A stretch of 64,000 nucleotides of DNA. Origin: Lama glama (Eukaryota). The DNA lies in contig CM052818.1 in assembly GCA_028534125.1 (NCBI GenBank), forward strand, positions 27,964,001 through 28,028,000, in the 5' to 3' direction. The notes beneath the pieces are model-generated. The model did no database searches. It had not been told where the DNA came from and was given only the letters and a program-made list of their open reading frames with translations. Below are positions 41,911-54,208 of this stretch, piece by piece; within the stretch, counting starts at the first letter, position 1; every line of letters starts with the position of its first letter. The position numbers were made by a program, and so were the translations under genes.

Positions 41911-43869
41911 ACCTCATATATACAGAAAACTTGATAAATAAAATGATTTATTCACCCACTTGAATATTTGGACCTGAAAATGGATGAAATCCAGCTATAT
42001 GCCAAAATATGTATGAATAAGCAATCCATGAAATCTACTTATAGTAGTATTCTGTGTTTACGAAGGCCAGAAAGAGGGGAAACTGACAATTGGCTGTTTA
42101 TGAATAAATATTTAAGTAGTAAAAAAATGTAAAGTTAGATAAAGAAGGATATACAATAACTTTCATGTTGTAGTCACATTTGTGGGGGAGTCAATGTATA
42201 AGGAGTGAGATATTATAAAATTTTACTTCTTAAATTGGATAATAGGTTCATAGATTTTAATGTTATGTTTGTGCTTTAGTTCATACAAGTAAATATGTTA
42301 CATCTTTTCATTTATCAAATACTGTTACATTAAAAATAAGAAAATATATAAAGCATACAAACAGATTGTTAGTTGAGGAGAAAGATGACAGTAGCTTTTT
42401 CTTTGACACCTTCTCTTTACTCCTTAACCATCTTCCCTTCCCTTCCTCTTCCACATCTCCATTCTAGAGCCGTTTTATTTCCTTAAGACTTCCTCTTTGG
42501 CTCACTGAGCCATTTAGTACAGAACAATTTGTGAAGTTATTCAAACCTATACTCAGTGTAGTGCCTGGCTTCTCATTACTGGATGTACATCAGATTAAAA
42601 ACAATCAATGAGTTCCTGTTCCAGACTGTGGAAATATTGCAAATGATAATTCTATAAGAATTTGTCAAGCTGAACACTCACCTAGTTTGTTCCAAATTGC
42701 ATAAGTCATCTGGAAAGCAGATTTTGTTCCAGCTTTCAAGAAACAGCTCAGTCCGACATATCTGTAGGGAAATTGGATTTTTCATAATACGTTCTTAAGA
42801 GAAAGCAGTAAAAAGAGCTTCATAAAACAAGAGAAGCAAAATGCATATGTGCCTTTCTGAAAACGCTGTAAAAGCTGACAATGATATTTCTCCTCTGGGC
42901 ATTAGATCAATCTCATGCATAAACACTGAAATAGAAAGAGACTTACTGAAGAAATAGATCATTGAGTGTCTAAAAGCATTTGTGCTATGGGACTAGTAGA
43001 AAAATTGAGAATATTTTCTGTCTCTGCAATACAGCAGAGGCATTTTAGATGGGAAATATATATTGCTCATAATCAAAATCCTTTGGGAAATACAAACTCA
43101 TATTAAGAACAAAAAATAATAATTAAAAAGTAACAAAGGCCTCCAAACTTGCTGTCAAAAGAATAAGAAATGACAGCCCTAGATAGTGTTCTGAGGGGAA
43201 CACTTTTGGCTCAGTGATTCCTTCTGCTTGTAGATACCTTGTTCCACCTTCAGAAATGCTCAAGGTGTGTCAGGTAAGATCATATATATATACAGCTTCA
43301 GCATTTACATATTATGTTGGGAATGACACCACATTTGCAAGTGCCATCATGGAGATATGGTGTTTAGTGAATTGATCAGAATTAGGACCTTCGTTTCCTA
43401 AATCCTTCCTTCTAGCTATCTGCCATTTCTGCCTCTTATAAAAATCATTCAACTTTCTTATTCTCTGTTATATTCTAATAAATGTGGCTTTCTTTACATT
43501 CTTTGGGAATAAATAGCAAAAATGGAAATAGGCTACAGAGACATCAGCCGTCTTTCAGTGTTAGAGATTACCATTCATAGCATACCTGGTTTATTAATTT
43601 TTTAAAATCTAATGCAATTTGATTTTCTTTGTTTTTTATTTCAAATTGTATAGTCATAAAGAAGTGACAGTTATCTTAAGTAATCATGTCTCATTAGGAG
43701 GGAGCTTAGCCTGTTGGTTAAAAGTGCAGACTGGAATCAAATAGAAATTATTTTTAATGAAAATATTTCTATCAGAGTAATAGTTTTCATAAAACTATAA
43801 TCCTAATCACATATATTTCTATTTATTCCATGTCCACACTCACACAACTGAAGGTAGTTGGAGATAAAC

Positions 43870-44025
43870 ACACACCCATGCTGACTGGTCTCACTTTGAC
43901 TCTGTGACTTCAGCAGACCCTAAAATGCTGTCTGACAATCACACTATATTTTTCCGATACATGGATTCTGGCACTCTCTAAGGTGACTCATATCTCCTAA
44001 TTTCTCCTTAAAATCTAAACCCTTA
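43870..44025 (+). mobile_element. L2 fragment (5' part of the element split by the hAT insertion)
   Basis: ccatgctgactggtctcactttg...tttctccttaaaatc resembles L2 ORF2 sequence that continues at ~45290. Confidence 0.55.
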
Positions 44026-44026
44026 T

Positions 44027-44185
44027 TAAGGTTGCCAGACTTAGCAAATGAAAATATAAGATTCTCAGGTAAATTTAATAATTTCTGAGTGCTGTGAATA
44101 TATACTGTGAGATAAAAGAAAAGGATTGCACTGGGCGTAATTATACTAAAAAAAAAACCTATTCATTGTTTATCTGAAATATTCT
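44027..44185. mobile_element. MER53-like hAT terminus
   Basis: taaggttgccagacttagcaaatgaaaatataag matches MER53 TIR (tagggttgccagatttagcaaataaaaatacagg); ttatactaaaaa...attcattgtttatctgaaat matches MER53 interior. Confidence 0.75.
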
Positions 44186-44199
44186 TTTATTTTTAAAAA

Positions 44200-45050
44200 T
44201 TATTTTCCCTGATGATTTGGCTCTTCTGAACAGTTCTTATTTCACAGAATTTGTTTATAAAATTATTTGCAGTCTGTATTCCATTCACATTGTAACATAG
44301 CTTCTACAGTGGTCACATTCAACTTATTTTATTGTTTTCTTTACTGAAAATTTCTTAATGAGAAAACATACTTGACTTTGGCATTATAAGCCAGTATGCA
44401 ATTATGTACTGGCATAAAGTTGAGTCTGAGAATTGCTTTGAATCTGATTTGTTCAAACACATAATACCATCTTGCCTGGCATAACTTACTTTCCCATTCT
44501 TCAGGATTATGTGGCATCTCTTGACTGATGACTTCTCAAGTGTGCCTTGAATAGAAGAAGCTTTGTCTTAATTTTCATTCCCTGTTCTTCAGCTTTACTA
44601 TACAAGATGATTCCACTTGCTCCTATGTAACATTCATGTAAAAAGAATCAGATTCTTCAGGGTATGAAATACGTTTCAGTAGACAGTCATGGCAAGTAGG
44701 TATTTCAGTAGGTATTATGGCATATGCCATAATAATTAGACACTTAAGGAATGAATTCCACTCATAGTTATGTGTCCCTTTGAAAAACAGCCTTAACATT
44801 TAAAGGGATAATGCTTTTCATCAGTCCTTTCTTTAATGCATTCCACAGGTGACCTTAAGCACCGAGTTACTTCAAAAACATGGTTTGCTCTTCTTTCAAT
44901 TTGTATAATCCTAATGCTAAAGAGATACTGAAAACTATAAATAAGAAAAAAAGTGAAAGTTACTCAATTACTCATTTAATATGTCAACAAAAACTTGGGG
45001 GGCCTCTTCTTCAGAAATAAAGTCTAATGTCAGTGCTTCAAATAAGTCTC
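44200..45050 (-). pseudogene. Degenerate hAT-family transposase, C-terminal half (with hAT dimerisation domain)
   Basis: Manual minus-strand translation across frameshifts: LFEALTLDFISEEEAPQVFVDILNE*LS.. / LIYSFQYLFSIRIIQIERRANHVFEVTRCLRSPVECIKERTDEK / IPLNVKAVF ... LAYNAKVKYVFSLRNFQ*RKQ*NKLNVTTVEAMLQCEWNTDCK*FYKQIL / ELFRRAKSSGK; resembles the hAT NAxVERxFS..W...RNxL motif. Confidence 0.75.
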
Positions 45051-45289
45051 CAAATACAGTTGGAGATTCTTTCTCAACGGTATTTGTTAAAAAGATCCAA
45101 AGGGCTTTTTGAATGGGAGGGAACCAAAGAATACTGAATTCTAACAAACTTGCAAGCCTCCTTTAATCACTCAGTTGGACAAGTGCTAATGCTGTAATTA
45201 GAGAACAATGTCACAGATCCCCTTCATTGGTGGTAGAAAGGACAGGGGAGGCTCTTTGAGCAGCAGCATCCAGAATATGGGCAGAACAG

Positions 45290-46490
45290 CCAAGTTAACT
45301 TTGCTCAGTATTTCATTGAGAAAATGAAGTTGAAAAAGTACTTCCACAAACTCATCCTTCACAGCTACCCACTTACTTAAATGTGTCCCGTTTACCCTGA
45401 CTTTTCTCCAGTTAATAGTGTAGATAAAATCTCTGTGCAGCTAATAAAGGCGAAGAATTCCACTTAACAGATCTCATCACCTCCAACATGAGGAAAGACA
45501 TAATTCAATTAATTCTCATCTTTTTCTCAAATTTATATCTACAGCCAAGTCTTCCTTCTAGGATTTCAGAGCTGTATATCCAGCTGCCCCCTGAACCTGT
45601 CCACATGGTTGCCTAACGAACATTATAGCCACAACCAAGATCCTAATCCATCCCCCAAGAAGCCCCAGCACAACCTTCACCCCTACACACTTCAGTATTT
45701 TTTTCCTCTGTAAAAGATGATGCCATCATTCCAGCTGTTCAGGCCAAAATCTCTATATTCACGCTGTCAGAAAATCCAGTTTTCCTCCTTTTGAAGTATA
45801 TCTGGGATCTCACCGCTTCTGATCACTTCCATGAGAAACTGTATTCCAAGCCCAATCCAGATGTATTACTGCAGCCTATCTGTTGGTCGAGTTGCTGCTG
45901 CTCTCTTTGCCTTCCTTCAGTCTTTAAAACAAAAGCCAGAGTAGTTTTCACTAAAGCAAAGTCAGAACATGACATGACTCTTCTTATACCTTTCAATTAC
46001 CCACCACCTCACTGAAAGAAAAAGTCAAAGGCATTACTTTGACCAGCAAGGCTGTACAGGATCTGCTTCTTGTTAACTCTCCTATTATTTCTCCTTTTGC
46101 TCACTCAGCTGTAGCCACACTGCCCTCCTGGCTGTTTGTTTTTCAAACATGAGGCACAGTCCTTTCTAGAATATCCCTGTTCTTTCTGCCTAGATAGTCT
46201 CATGGCTCCTTCCCTCACTGAGTGTAGATCTCTGTTCAAATGTTACATCTCACCTGAGTGTGCTGTCAGGATAAAGACTGCAACATCTGAGTGCTCCATA
46301 TTCCCCTTTCCTGCTTTATTTTTCTCTATAGCACTTACCATCATCTAATAGTATATATTTGGTTGTTTACTATCTGTCTCCCCTGACTAGAATGTAAACT
46401 CAGTGATGGCAGAGGTTCTAGTCTGTTTCATTTATTTGTATTTTCCTGACCCTTAGAATTTTGCTTGGGTATTTAATAAATGCTTATTCT
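45290..46490 (+). mobile_element. L2 (L2a-like) 3' portion
   Basis: tttcattgagaaaatgaag, tatatccagctgcc, ccagctgttcaggccaaaa, gtagccacactgccctcc, ctagaatgtaaactc...ggcagagg...taataaatgc terminus. Confidence 0.85.
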
Positions 46491-48544
46491 TACTGTGTTT
46501 ATTTTTGTTGTTGTTGTTACTGTCATTGTTATAAAGTACTGCAATCATAACAGTTAAATTTAGGAATATAAAACTACTTTCAAAATCTGTTTATCATCCT
46601 GCTAGCATAGCTTTACCCTTTCTGCAAATGGATCACCTGATGATAGATATTTGATTTAACTTAAGGAGTTATCTTTGAATATCTATTATCTGCTCAATAG
46701 TGACCTACTTCTTTGATGGGAGTATAAATAATATAAATACTATGTATTGTTCTCAAAGAGCCTAAATATTTTTTCAGGAAGCTAGAATATACAAGTAAAG
46801 AAATTTTTTAAATGCATGAATGATAAATATTCAATCATTCTTTAAAACATACAGCAGATATTTTTCTGGGCAGTTACTGTCACCCACAGTCAATCTGGAT
46901 GTCATGCATATAAATAAACAAGAGAGGAGACTGACCCTTGCGAGGTCGTAGTCTGGTCAAATGCCCTAAAACCACTGAAAAGAGTGGTCAGCATTAATGA
47001 GGGAGAGATTCTAAAGATGAAATTTGAGAAGTAGGTCATATAGGACTTTTTGTCTGGACAATAGAGACTATCGTCCATAAAAACTGAAAATTCAGTATCA
47101 TTTCATGACCCAGAAAATAACCTCCCTTCCCGTCTACTCTCTTAAATCATGATTTAGGGTTGTGTCTATTCATGCTCTGGGGATAAGTTATTCCTACACA
47201 TAAATCTGTCTACAGTGGACCTTGTGAGAAATGGTATTACTCTGAAATAAAGCTAAGCCACATTCATATGTACTTTGGTGATGGAGTATAGATGTGGACT
47301 AATAAGGTTCTTTGATTATTCCCCCCCCCCTTTTTTTTTTGGCTCTGGAAATCTGTACAAGGAGGATTTTTCTGTACTTACAAGGCCAGACTTCATAGCT
47401 TGTGTTGTTCTCTGACATAGGCTGAAAACCTGGTCTGGTTTGGTCTCTGCATGGATATGGAGGGCTGTTAATCCTTCAGAGTTGCCCCATCTAACTGCTC
47501 CAGTGCACTTAGTTTGCCCTGTTTCCTAGCAACTGGTTTAATCTGTTTTGTTTTCCTGTAGCATCCCTCCTGCATAAGGATTTCTTGTGTCTCTTCCTCT
47601 TGTTAAATGGATTTATCAGTGTCTAATAGCCTTTACACCATATGTCTATCAAACTAGCTTTCCCCCAGAAGAGCAGGGGACTGGGTAACACCATGTACCT
47701 TCAGTGGAGCAATTTTTAATTTGGAGCCTGAGCATAAATTTCAGAAAGCTGTCTGGTCACACACCTTAAGAATATTATTTTATTTTTCAGTATGAAAAGT
47801 CTCCACAGTGAGAACCCATTTTCCGCCACACAGGCTCCTTATTAAAAGCTGCATAGATAATTTTTACTTCCCTAAGTGCACTTTGTGACTCATTCAAATT
47901 ATGTAAACTTAGTCTCGTGTGAGCAAATTATTTATTTGTTTATTACTCCCTTTACTTCCTGCTTATATTACAAAGACTTTTAAGGAGAAAGAATTTGATA
48001 TACTTTAAAGAGTAATTGACAATGCACATCCTGTGCACAGGATAGTAGCTAAATTTTATAGAAGGATGATAGAGAAGTGGCAACTTACTTCGTCTGTGAT
48101 CAGTTGTTCATACACACCCAATTCAAACACCATGTTAATACATATAAATGATACTATTATGGGCTGTTGTTTATATTACATGCTAGATTTTATATCATGG
48201 ACTTGCAGTGGTTAAGACATACTATGAAGTACTTTCTTTGGGAGACATTCTCCCAAGAGAAGAATGAGCAGGGTGATGTCAAGCATGTCCACACAGGCTC
48301 TCCAAGACACTCTACTCTGTACCAGCAGAGTGAATAAAGAAGTGGAAAGAAGCCAATGTTATTCCTAGGGAAAATCAATCTCCTTGGAAACCTGTACTGG
48401 TAAAAACGTTAGGCCACATTAACTGTATGATTGTTGTTGTTTTGTGGATTAAAAATAGACTGGATGGAGAAGTAAAAATGACAGTCTTGTGGGGTAGATA
48501 AAATGCACTTAGACTGTAAAGGTAAGACTGGAAGGTTTCTCTAC

Positions 48545-48620
48545 CACAAAGTTTCTCAGTTGGAAAAGGACATCAGAACCACTTGAAGAACTTTATCAAA
48601 ACACAGTTGGCCATGGGTCG
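48545..48620. mobile_element. MER5A-like fragment
   Basis: gtttctcag...catcagaaccacttgaagaactttatcaaaacacag resembles MER5A left arm. Confidence 0.4.
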
Positions 48621-49549
48621 GGGGGGATTCTTTTCATACAAAGTGGGATTTCAGAGGCACATCACAAAAAAGCATAATTGAAAGCTTTTGCAAAAATAAA
48701 GACATATGTATCCAGGACCCAAATAATGTTATTTGGTAATTAGAAGTAGGCATTTAATGTAATGCACAATTAAGGGACACTCTTTAAATAGGTAAATGGT
48801 TAGAGGTGATTAATATAAATACTGATTACTTACTGTAAATTAGGTGGCCTTCAGATATAAAGAATGAGTTATTTTATTATCATTTTTAGTTACTATGCTG
48901 GCATTGCCTAGCAGGTTGGCTTCTGTTTCTTCAACCAGCATTGTTCACTATCAGTGTCTTTAGTGCTTAGGAATTACTCACAGTGGTTCTAATTGAAGGA
49001 GTTCTTGCTATCTTTCAGAAAGCCATTTGAATTACCAGTTCTTACTGCAAAAGTTTCACTGACAACTCAAATCCAGAGATGTCTGTCATTTCTGATTTTT
49101 TTAAATAGATACTGCTTTTATGCATTATGTTATGGCTGCAGGTATTTGGAAAACTTGGGTTATATCCGACACATAGAGATACATATTTTTGTCCTGCCTG
49201 TGCATTTTTCCCCATACCTGGCAGCTAAATTTGCACACAGACGATACTCAAATGTCTTTCAAGTGAATGAATAGAAGAGTGAGTGAGTTAAAAAGCTTCT
49301 ATGATGTTTATAGAAGTTTCGCCAAAACAAATTTGATGCTAAATTTATTAAATGTTTGATATTTTCCAAATACAGTTGGAAAACCTTGTCTTACATACAC
49401 ATAGAGGGTTGTCTTGCCTGTGTGACAAGTACTGGGCTACTGTTATCTCTTACCTCTATACCATCCACTGGCCTCTACCATCCCCTCACCTCTACTGCCT
49501 CTCATCATCCTCTTCTGCTTTGCGGGGGAATTTGGTTCCTTTGTGTACA

Positions 49550-49672
49550 GGAAAGAAAGAAAGAGAGAGAGGACGGAAGTAGGAGGGAGGAAGGGAAGAA
49601 AGAAGGAAGAGAGGGAGGGAGAGAGGAAGAAAGGGAAGAAGGAAGAAAGGGAGGGAAAGAAAGAAAAAAAAA
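49550..49672. repeat. GA-rich simple repeat
   Basis: (ggaa/gagg/gaaa)n purine tract. Confidence 0.9.
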
Positions 49673-50611
49673 GCCTATTGTCTCCCCATCCCAGCCCTGC
49701 GTTCAGCTGTATTGTGCCCTGCCACCCCTCCTCGTTTCTTCTGCACTGGTAAGACAACTGGAAGGCTGTTATATGATAAATACAAATTTGTAGCAACTGG
49801 ATAATTGCTACCATTTGGGAAAAGTAAATGCAAACCCTTTTGAAATGTATTGGTACTTCTGGCTTATATATTGGGTTTTCTTAACTTAAAAAGTCCCCAC
49901 TTTCTCCTCATAAAAGATTCAGACCACCAAGATTTCAGATCTGGAAGTGTAATGTGGAAGTATCCCAATCTATCTTTTCTGCTGCAGTTCACGTGATCCA
50001 CTTGACTTTATTCTGATTTGTGTGGATCAGTCCAATTAACCACATTTCATTCTTTGAATTTCTGTCTGATTAACCTGATTTAGTTTGGCTATAGGCAGCC
50101 AAAATGATAGGCCTAGCTCTGTGCCTCAGACACTTTAGCAAAGTTCACAACCTAGATTCAGTTGCTACAGTTTAGCAGGACCTACAACAGAGAACTGAAG
50201 ATCAGCCGGCTTCTCATGCAGCACTGGTGTTATCCTAGGTCTGCCATCCTTGTGAATAGGTGGGCATGTAGTTATTTTCAAAGGATATGTATTGACCTTC
50301 GGGTCCCACTGTGTGAACTGCATCCTCTTTAAACGTATTTCAGTCTGGCTAACTTGTGGTAAGAGAGTGAATTGATGCATTTCTCATTTAACCAATTCTC
50401 CTGTCTCACTTAAAAAGTGTTCTATCATAAATTTTAAATTTTAATTTTATATTTGTTAAGTGAAAGTAACTAGATTTTTCTTATGGCATTTAATGTATTT
50501 AAGTATGTGATATAATTCCCAGAACTATTTTCTAAGTCAATTCATAATTTTGAAAAGGAGAAAAAAAAAAAAGAAGAAAAAACTTCCTTCCAATGGACAG
50601 GGCTGGTTGCC

Positions 50612-50864
50612 TTTTTTTTTTTTTTAACATGTTTTTTACTGAGTTATAGTCATTTTACAATGTTGTGTCAAATTCCAGTGTAGAGCACAATTTTTCAGTT
50701 ATACATGAACATACATATATTCATTGTCACTTTTTTTTTCGCTGTGAGCTACTGCAAGATCTTATATATATTTCCCTGTGCTATACAGTATAATCTTGTT
50801 TTGTCTATTCTGCATATGCCTGTCAGTATCTACAAATTTTGGAATCCCAGTCTGTCCCTTCCCA
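50612..50864 (-). mobile_element. Young camelid-type L1 3' end, 5'-truncated
   Basis: polyT tail then ttactgagttatagtcattttacaatgttgtgtcaaattccagtgtagagcac; TSD ctggttgccttttt (from 50603) / ctggtttccttttt (from 50865). Confidence 0.85.
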
Positions 50865-51504
50865 CTGGTTTCCTTTTTTTGATAAATAAAAATTCATTTC
50901 AGTGCAGCAAACATGACGTTGTTTACATAAATCTAATATTAATTAATCAAGCTAAACTTTGTAAACTGTAATTAAAGTAGCAAAAATGCTGAAACACTCT
51001 TGAATTTCATTTCACATGGACAAGCTAAATAATCATTGTGGGATAAAATGGCAATTTCCAATGAATGTTAATCATTTGGTCCATGTGATTCATTCACCTA
51101 GTAATTGAATATAATGATTACAGTAGATTTGAGATTGTACTATGTTAAGGAAAAGAAAAATCATGTTTAAAATGAGTTATGTTGACTCAGATACTCTCTG
51201 TGACATAAACAAATAAGCAATATCACACTGAAAGTAATAAAACCACTTGAACAAAGTCAGGACGATGTTGCTCCACATAGCATGCAAAATCAAACAACAG
51301 GGTTGCTTCCAATGAGATTTCTCTTCTCCTTCTCAGGATCTGCAGGTTTATGCTAAACTTGACTTAGGGTGTGTTACTACGCACAGATCCTGAAATGAAG
51401 ACTTGTGGAAGTCATTTATTAAGTGCTTCCAAGGGAGATCAGGGGTAGGAAGATGGGTGAGGGTGAAGAGAAAGCTTCAAATTTTTACTTTTCAAATTAG
51501 TAAT

Positions 51505-53040
51505 AGGAAGGTGACATCAGAAAGATGGCAGAATAGTAAACCCCAGACTCTCCTTCTCCCCATGGAGACACCAGCTCAACAATACATGGGTCAGGTCCCT
51601 TTGTGAAAAGTTCAAAAAGCAGATGAGAGGCTCCTACACCCAAAGTGAGTGTGAAACCAGTCCCACTGAAACTGGTAGGAAAAGTCATGCAACTCACTTG
51701 TTACAGTTCCTCCTCTCAGCGCAGCATGGTGCAAACAGGAGAAAACTCCCAACTCCTGATTTTCCCTGGGAAGGAGAAGAAAAGATTAAAACACAAGTCC
51801 AATGTTCCAGCGTTTAAGGGATCTGCCTGAGGGACTTGTTTCTGTTTTCCTTGAATCTATGTATTGACAGGAAAGGGTGCTAGGTTGGGGGCAACTGACT
51901 ATAAAAGCAGTGATTTGAACTAACACATACTTAGTTGCCATAATTTCTCTCCCCAGCTCAGTGCAGAGTGAGTGGGAGAAAACCCCAGACTTTTGACTAC
52001 TCCCTGGGGAGGGTAAAGAGTTAGAGTTTGCATCTGATAGTCTGGCTTTTCAGGGAGGCTGCCCAAATAACTCGTTTCTGTCTCAGCTGTATTGGGAGAT
52101 TGGAAGGACCTGCTATACTCTGCCCAGGATGCAACTGAGAACAAAAGAAATGTAGGTGGCGTGGTACTGCTCTGGAGGACATGTGGTAGATCAGAGAGCC
52201 AGTATAGCTTGCTGGCCTCCCTATCAGGGTAGAAAGAGAGAGGAGTTGCACTTGACTGAAATTCTAGCTTTTCAGAGGGGCTACTTGATGGACTCATTTC
52301 TGTCTTTCTTGACTTCTTGCACTGATGGTACCCAAGATACTCTAGAAGTCTGGATGCTGTTGAGAACCAAAGACAGATGGGTGGCCTGTGGCAGCTACAG
52401 AGAACCTGCGGAACTGCATACAGACACAAGAGGGAGCAAGAGATTATGAGCTCCCGAGAAAAAGAAACCTGAAAATCCCTCCAGCTAGGAATTTACAGGC
52501 ACAGCCAGAGAACATGCATCAACAGGAAAGATTTGGGGGGCCGGCAGACTCTCTAACTGTGCTAATTAATGAAGGTCTTGCCCTGTACGAAGCCAGTCTA
52601 TAAAAACTGGTAGAGGTGGCTGTTCTTTCAAATGTGCAGATCCCAACACAAAGTGACAAAAAGCACAAAGCACATGAAGAGACAAGAAAACATGACCCAA
52701 TCAAAGGAATAAATCTTCAGAAACTGACTCTAAAGAAATGGAAGCATATGAATTACTGACAAATAATACAAGATAACCATCATAAAGATACTCAGCAATC
52801 TCAGGAAAATGATGGATAAACGAAATTGGAATATCAACAAAGAGAAAAAAAAGGTAAAAAAGAACCAAGCAGAAATTTTGGAGCTGAAGAATATAATAAC
52901 TGAATTGAAAAATTCACTAGAGGGGTTCTAAAACAGCTGTGATCACGCAGAAGAAAGAATCAGCAAACTCCAAGAGAGGTCGTTTGAAATTACCTAGTCA
53001 GAGGAGTGAGCAAAATGGTAAAAGAATGAAAATGAAGAAA
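51505..53040 (+). mobile_element. L1 5' UTR plus ORF1 N-terminal remnant
   Basis: gtgacatcagaaagatggcagaatag start with YY1-type AAGATGGC (51522-51529); ORF1-like gaaaacatgacccaatcaaagg, gaaattttggagctgaagaatataataactgaattgaaaaattcactagagggg. Confidence 0.8.
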
Positions 53041-53041
53041 G

Positions 53042-53340
53042 TTATAGGTGTAAACTTTGCTAGGCGACAGTCTCCAGTCACTCATTCTTGTGAAGGTATT
53101 TTGTACCATGATTGAAGTCTGTAATTAGTTGACTTTATGTAGGAAAATTTATCTTAAACAAGCTAGGTAGGCCTAGTTTGGTCAGTTGAAAGATGTTAAG
53201 AGAAGAGCTGAGACTTCTTTGAAGAAGAAGAAATTCAACCTGTGAGTAGGATCTTCAATTCATGCCCAAGAGTGGCTGCCAGCCCTTCCTGGGAGCCTGA
53301 CTTACGGATTTCAGGCTTGTTTATTCAATCCCCACAGTTT

Positions 53341-53371
<31 letters not shown>

Positions 53372-53492
53372 ATATATATATATACTATATATAATATTAT
53401 GGATATTATGGATATATAATATATATATGGATATAATATATATATGGATATATGAATGGTTCTGATTCTTTAGTTTAACCATGACTTATATG
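53042..53492 (+). mobile_element. MLT2D-like ERVL LTR
   Basis: gtgaaggtattttgta...agttgacttt...cagttgaaag...gaagaagaaattc...ggatttcaggcttg, with the family's typical microsatellite before tggttctg. Confidence 0.8.
53341..53455. repeat. Compound microsatellite (TG)13-(TA)n plus atatggat-containing repeats
   Basis: Directly visible. Confidence 0.95.
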
Positions 53493-54039
53493 TTTCTTAA
53501 GCTAAATCCTTAGATCATTCATGGCAGCAGAAAAGAAACATGCAATATGTGTGCCCTCTGCTCCTTGCTGACTCATTCATACACAGCATCAGTGATGCCC
53601 ATGAGCATAAAATACCAACAGCTCCATGATGCACAGAAGTTCAATGAGACCAAAAGTTACTGTAAGCTAAGTGTGTTAGTTCTACAACTAAGTAAGAGAA
53701 AGCACTGACAGCCCCAAGAGAACAAGCTTTCTTTTTGAACCAAAATTTGTTTAGGATGCAGACCGAAGGTCATTAATGGAATTCTAAGAAACACAAATGA
53801 CCAAGGAACCTTATCATATCCTTTTTCAGTGGTAGCACTTTCTTCCCTGTATTAGCCAACCACTTATGCTGAGCTTAATAAATATTAGTTTCAGAAACAC
53901 ATGAATAAGATACCAAGGATTTCCTTTAATGTAAACTATAAACATTAATGTTCAAAAATAATAAATCATAGTATATTAGTCTTATATATTGCACTTTGTA
54001 TCATTTGGTTGGACTCTATAATTCTGCCTATTTACCAAA

Positions 54040-54208
54040 AGCATGCATTCTTTTTTGCCCCTATTAGAATTCCCTTACAAAAACACAAATCTAAAGATAA
54101 CATTAAGAGTTTTAAGAAAATAACAGATCATTAAACCAAATGGGGAACCCTTCTAAGTGCGAGACCTGTGTGAATGGACAGATCACATGTTAATGAAGCT
54201 GGCTCATG
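54040..54208 (-). mobile_element. MER45B-like (hAT-Tip100) terminal fragment
   Basis: cttacaaaaacacaaatctaaagataa...cattaaaccaa...cccttctaagtgcgagacctgtgtg...atgaagctggctc matches reverse complement of the MER45 end with CpG decay. Confidence 0.75.

Noticed and set aside
49352..49814. Overlapping ORFs of up to 145 aa
   Set aside because: Kept open by the stop-free GA-rich simple repeat
49994..50029. pre-miRNA-like hairpin tgatccac...gtggatca
   Set aside because: Only an 8-bp stem, far too short for a pre-miRNA
51920..52429. Longest ORF (169 aa, minus strand)
   Set aside because: Lies antisense within an L1 5' UTR with a GTG start and no recognisable domain; no evidence for an ORF0-like function
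5400..53040. Plus-strand bias of long L1s as evidence for a minus-strand host gene
   Set aside because: Several L1s (23.1, 25.1, 29.9, 50.6, 59.1 kb) are on the minus strand; too few elements to infer orientation
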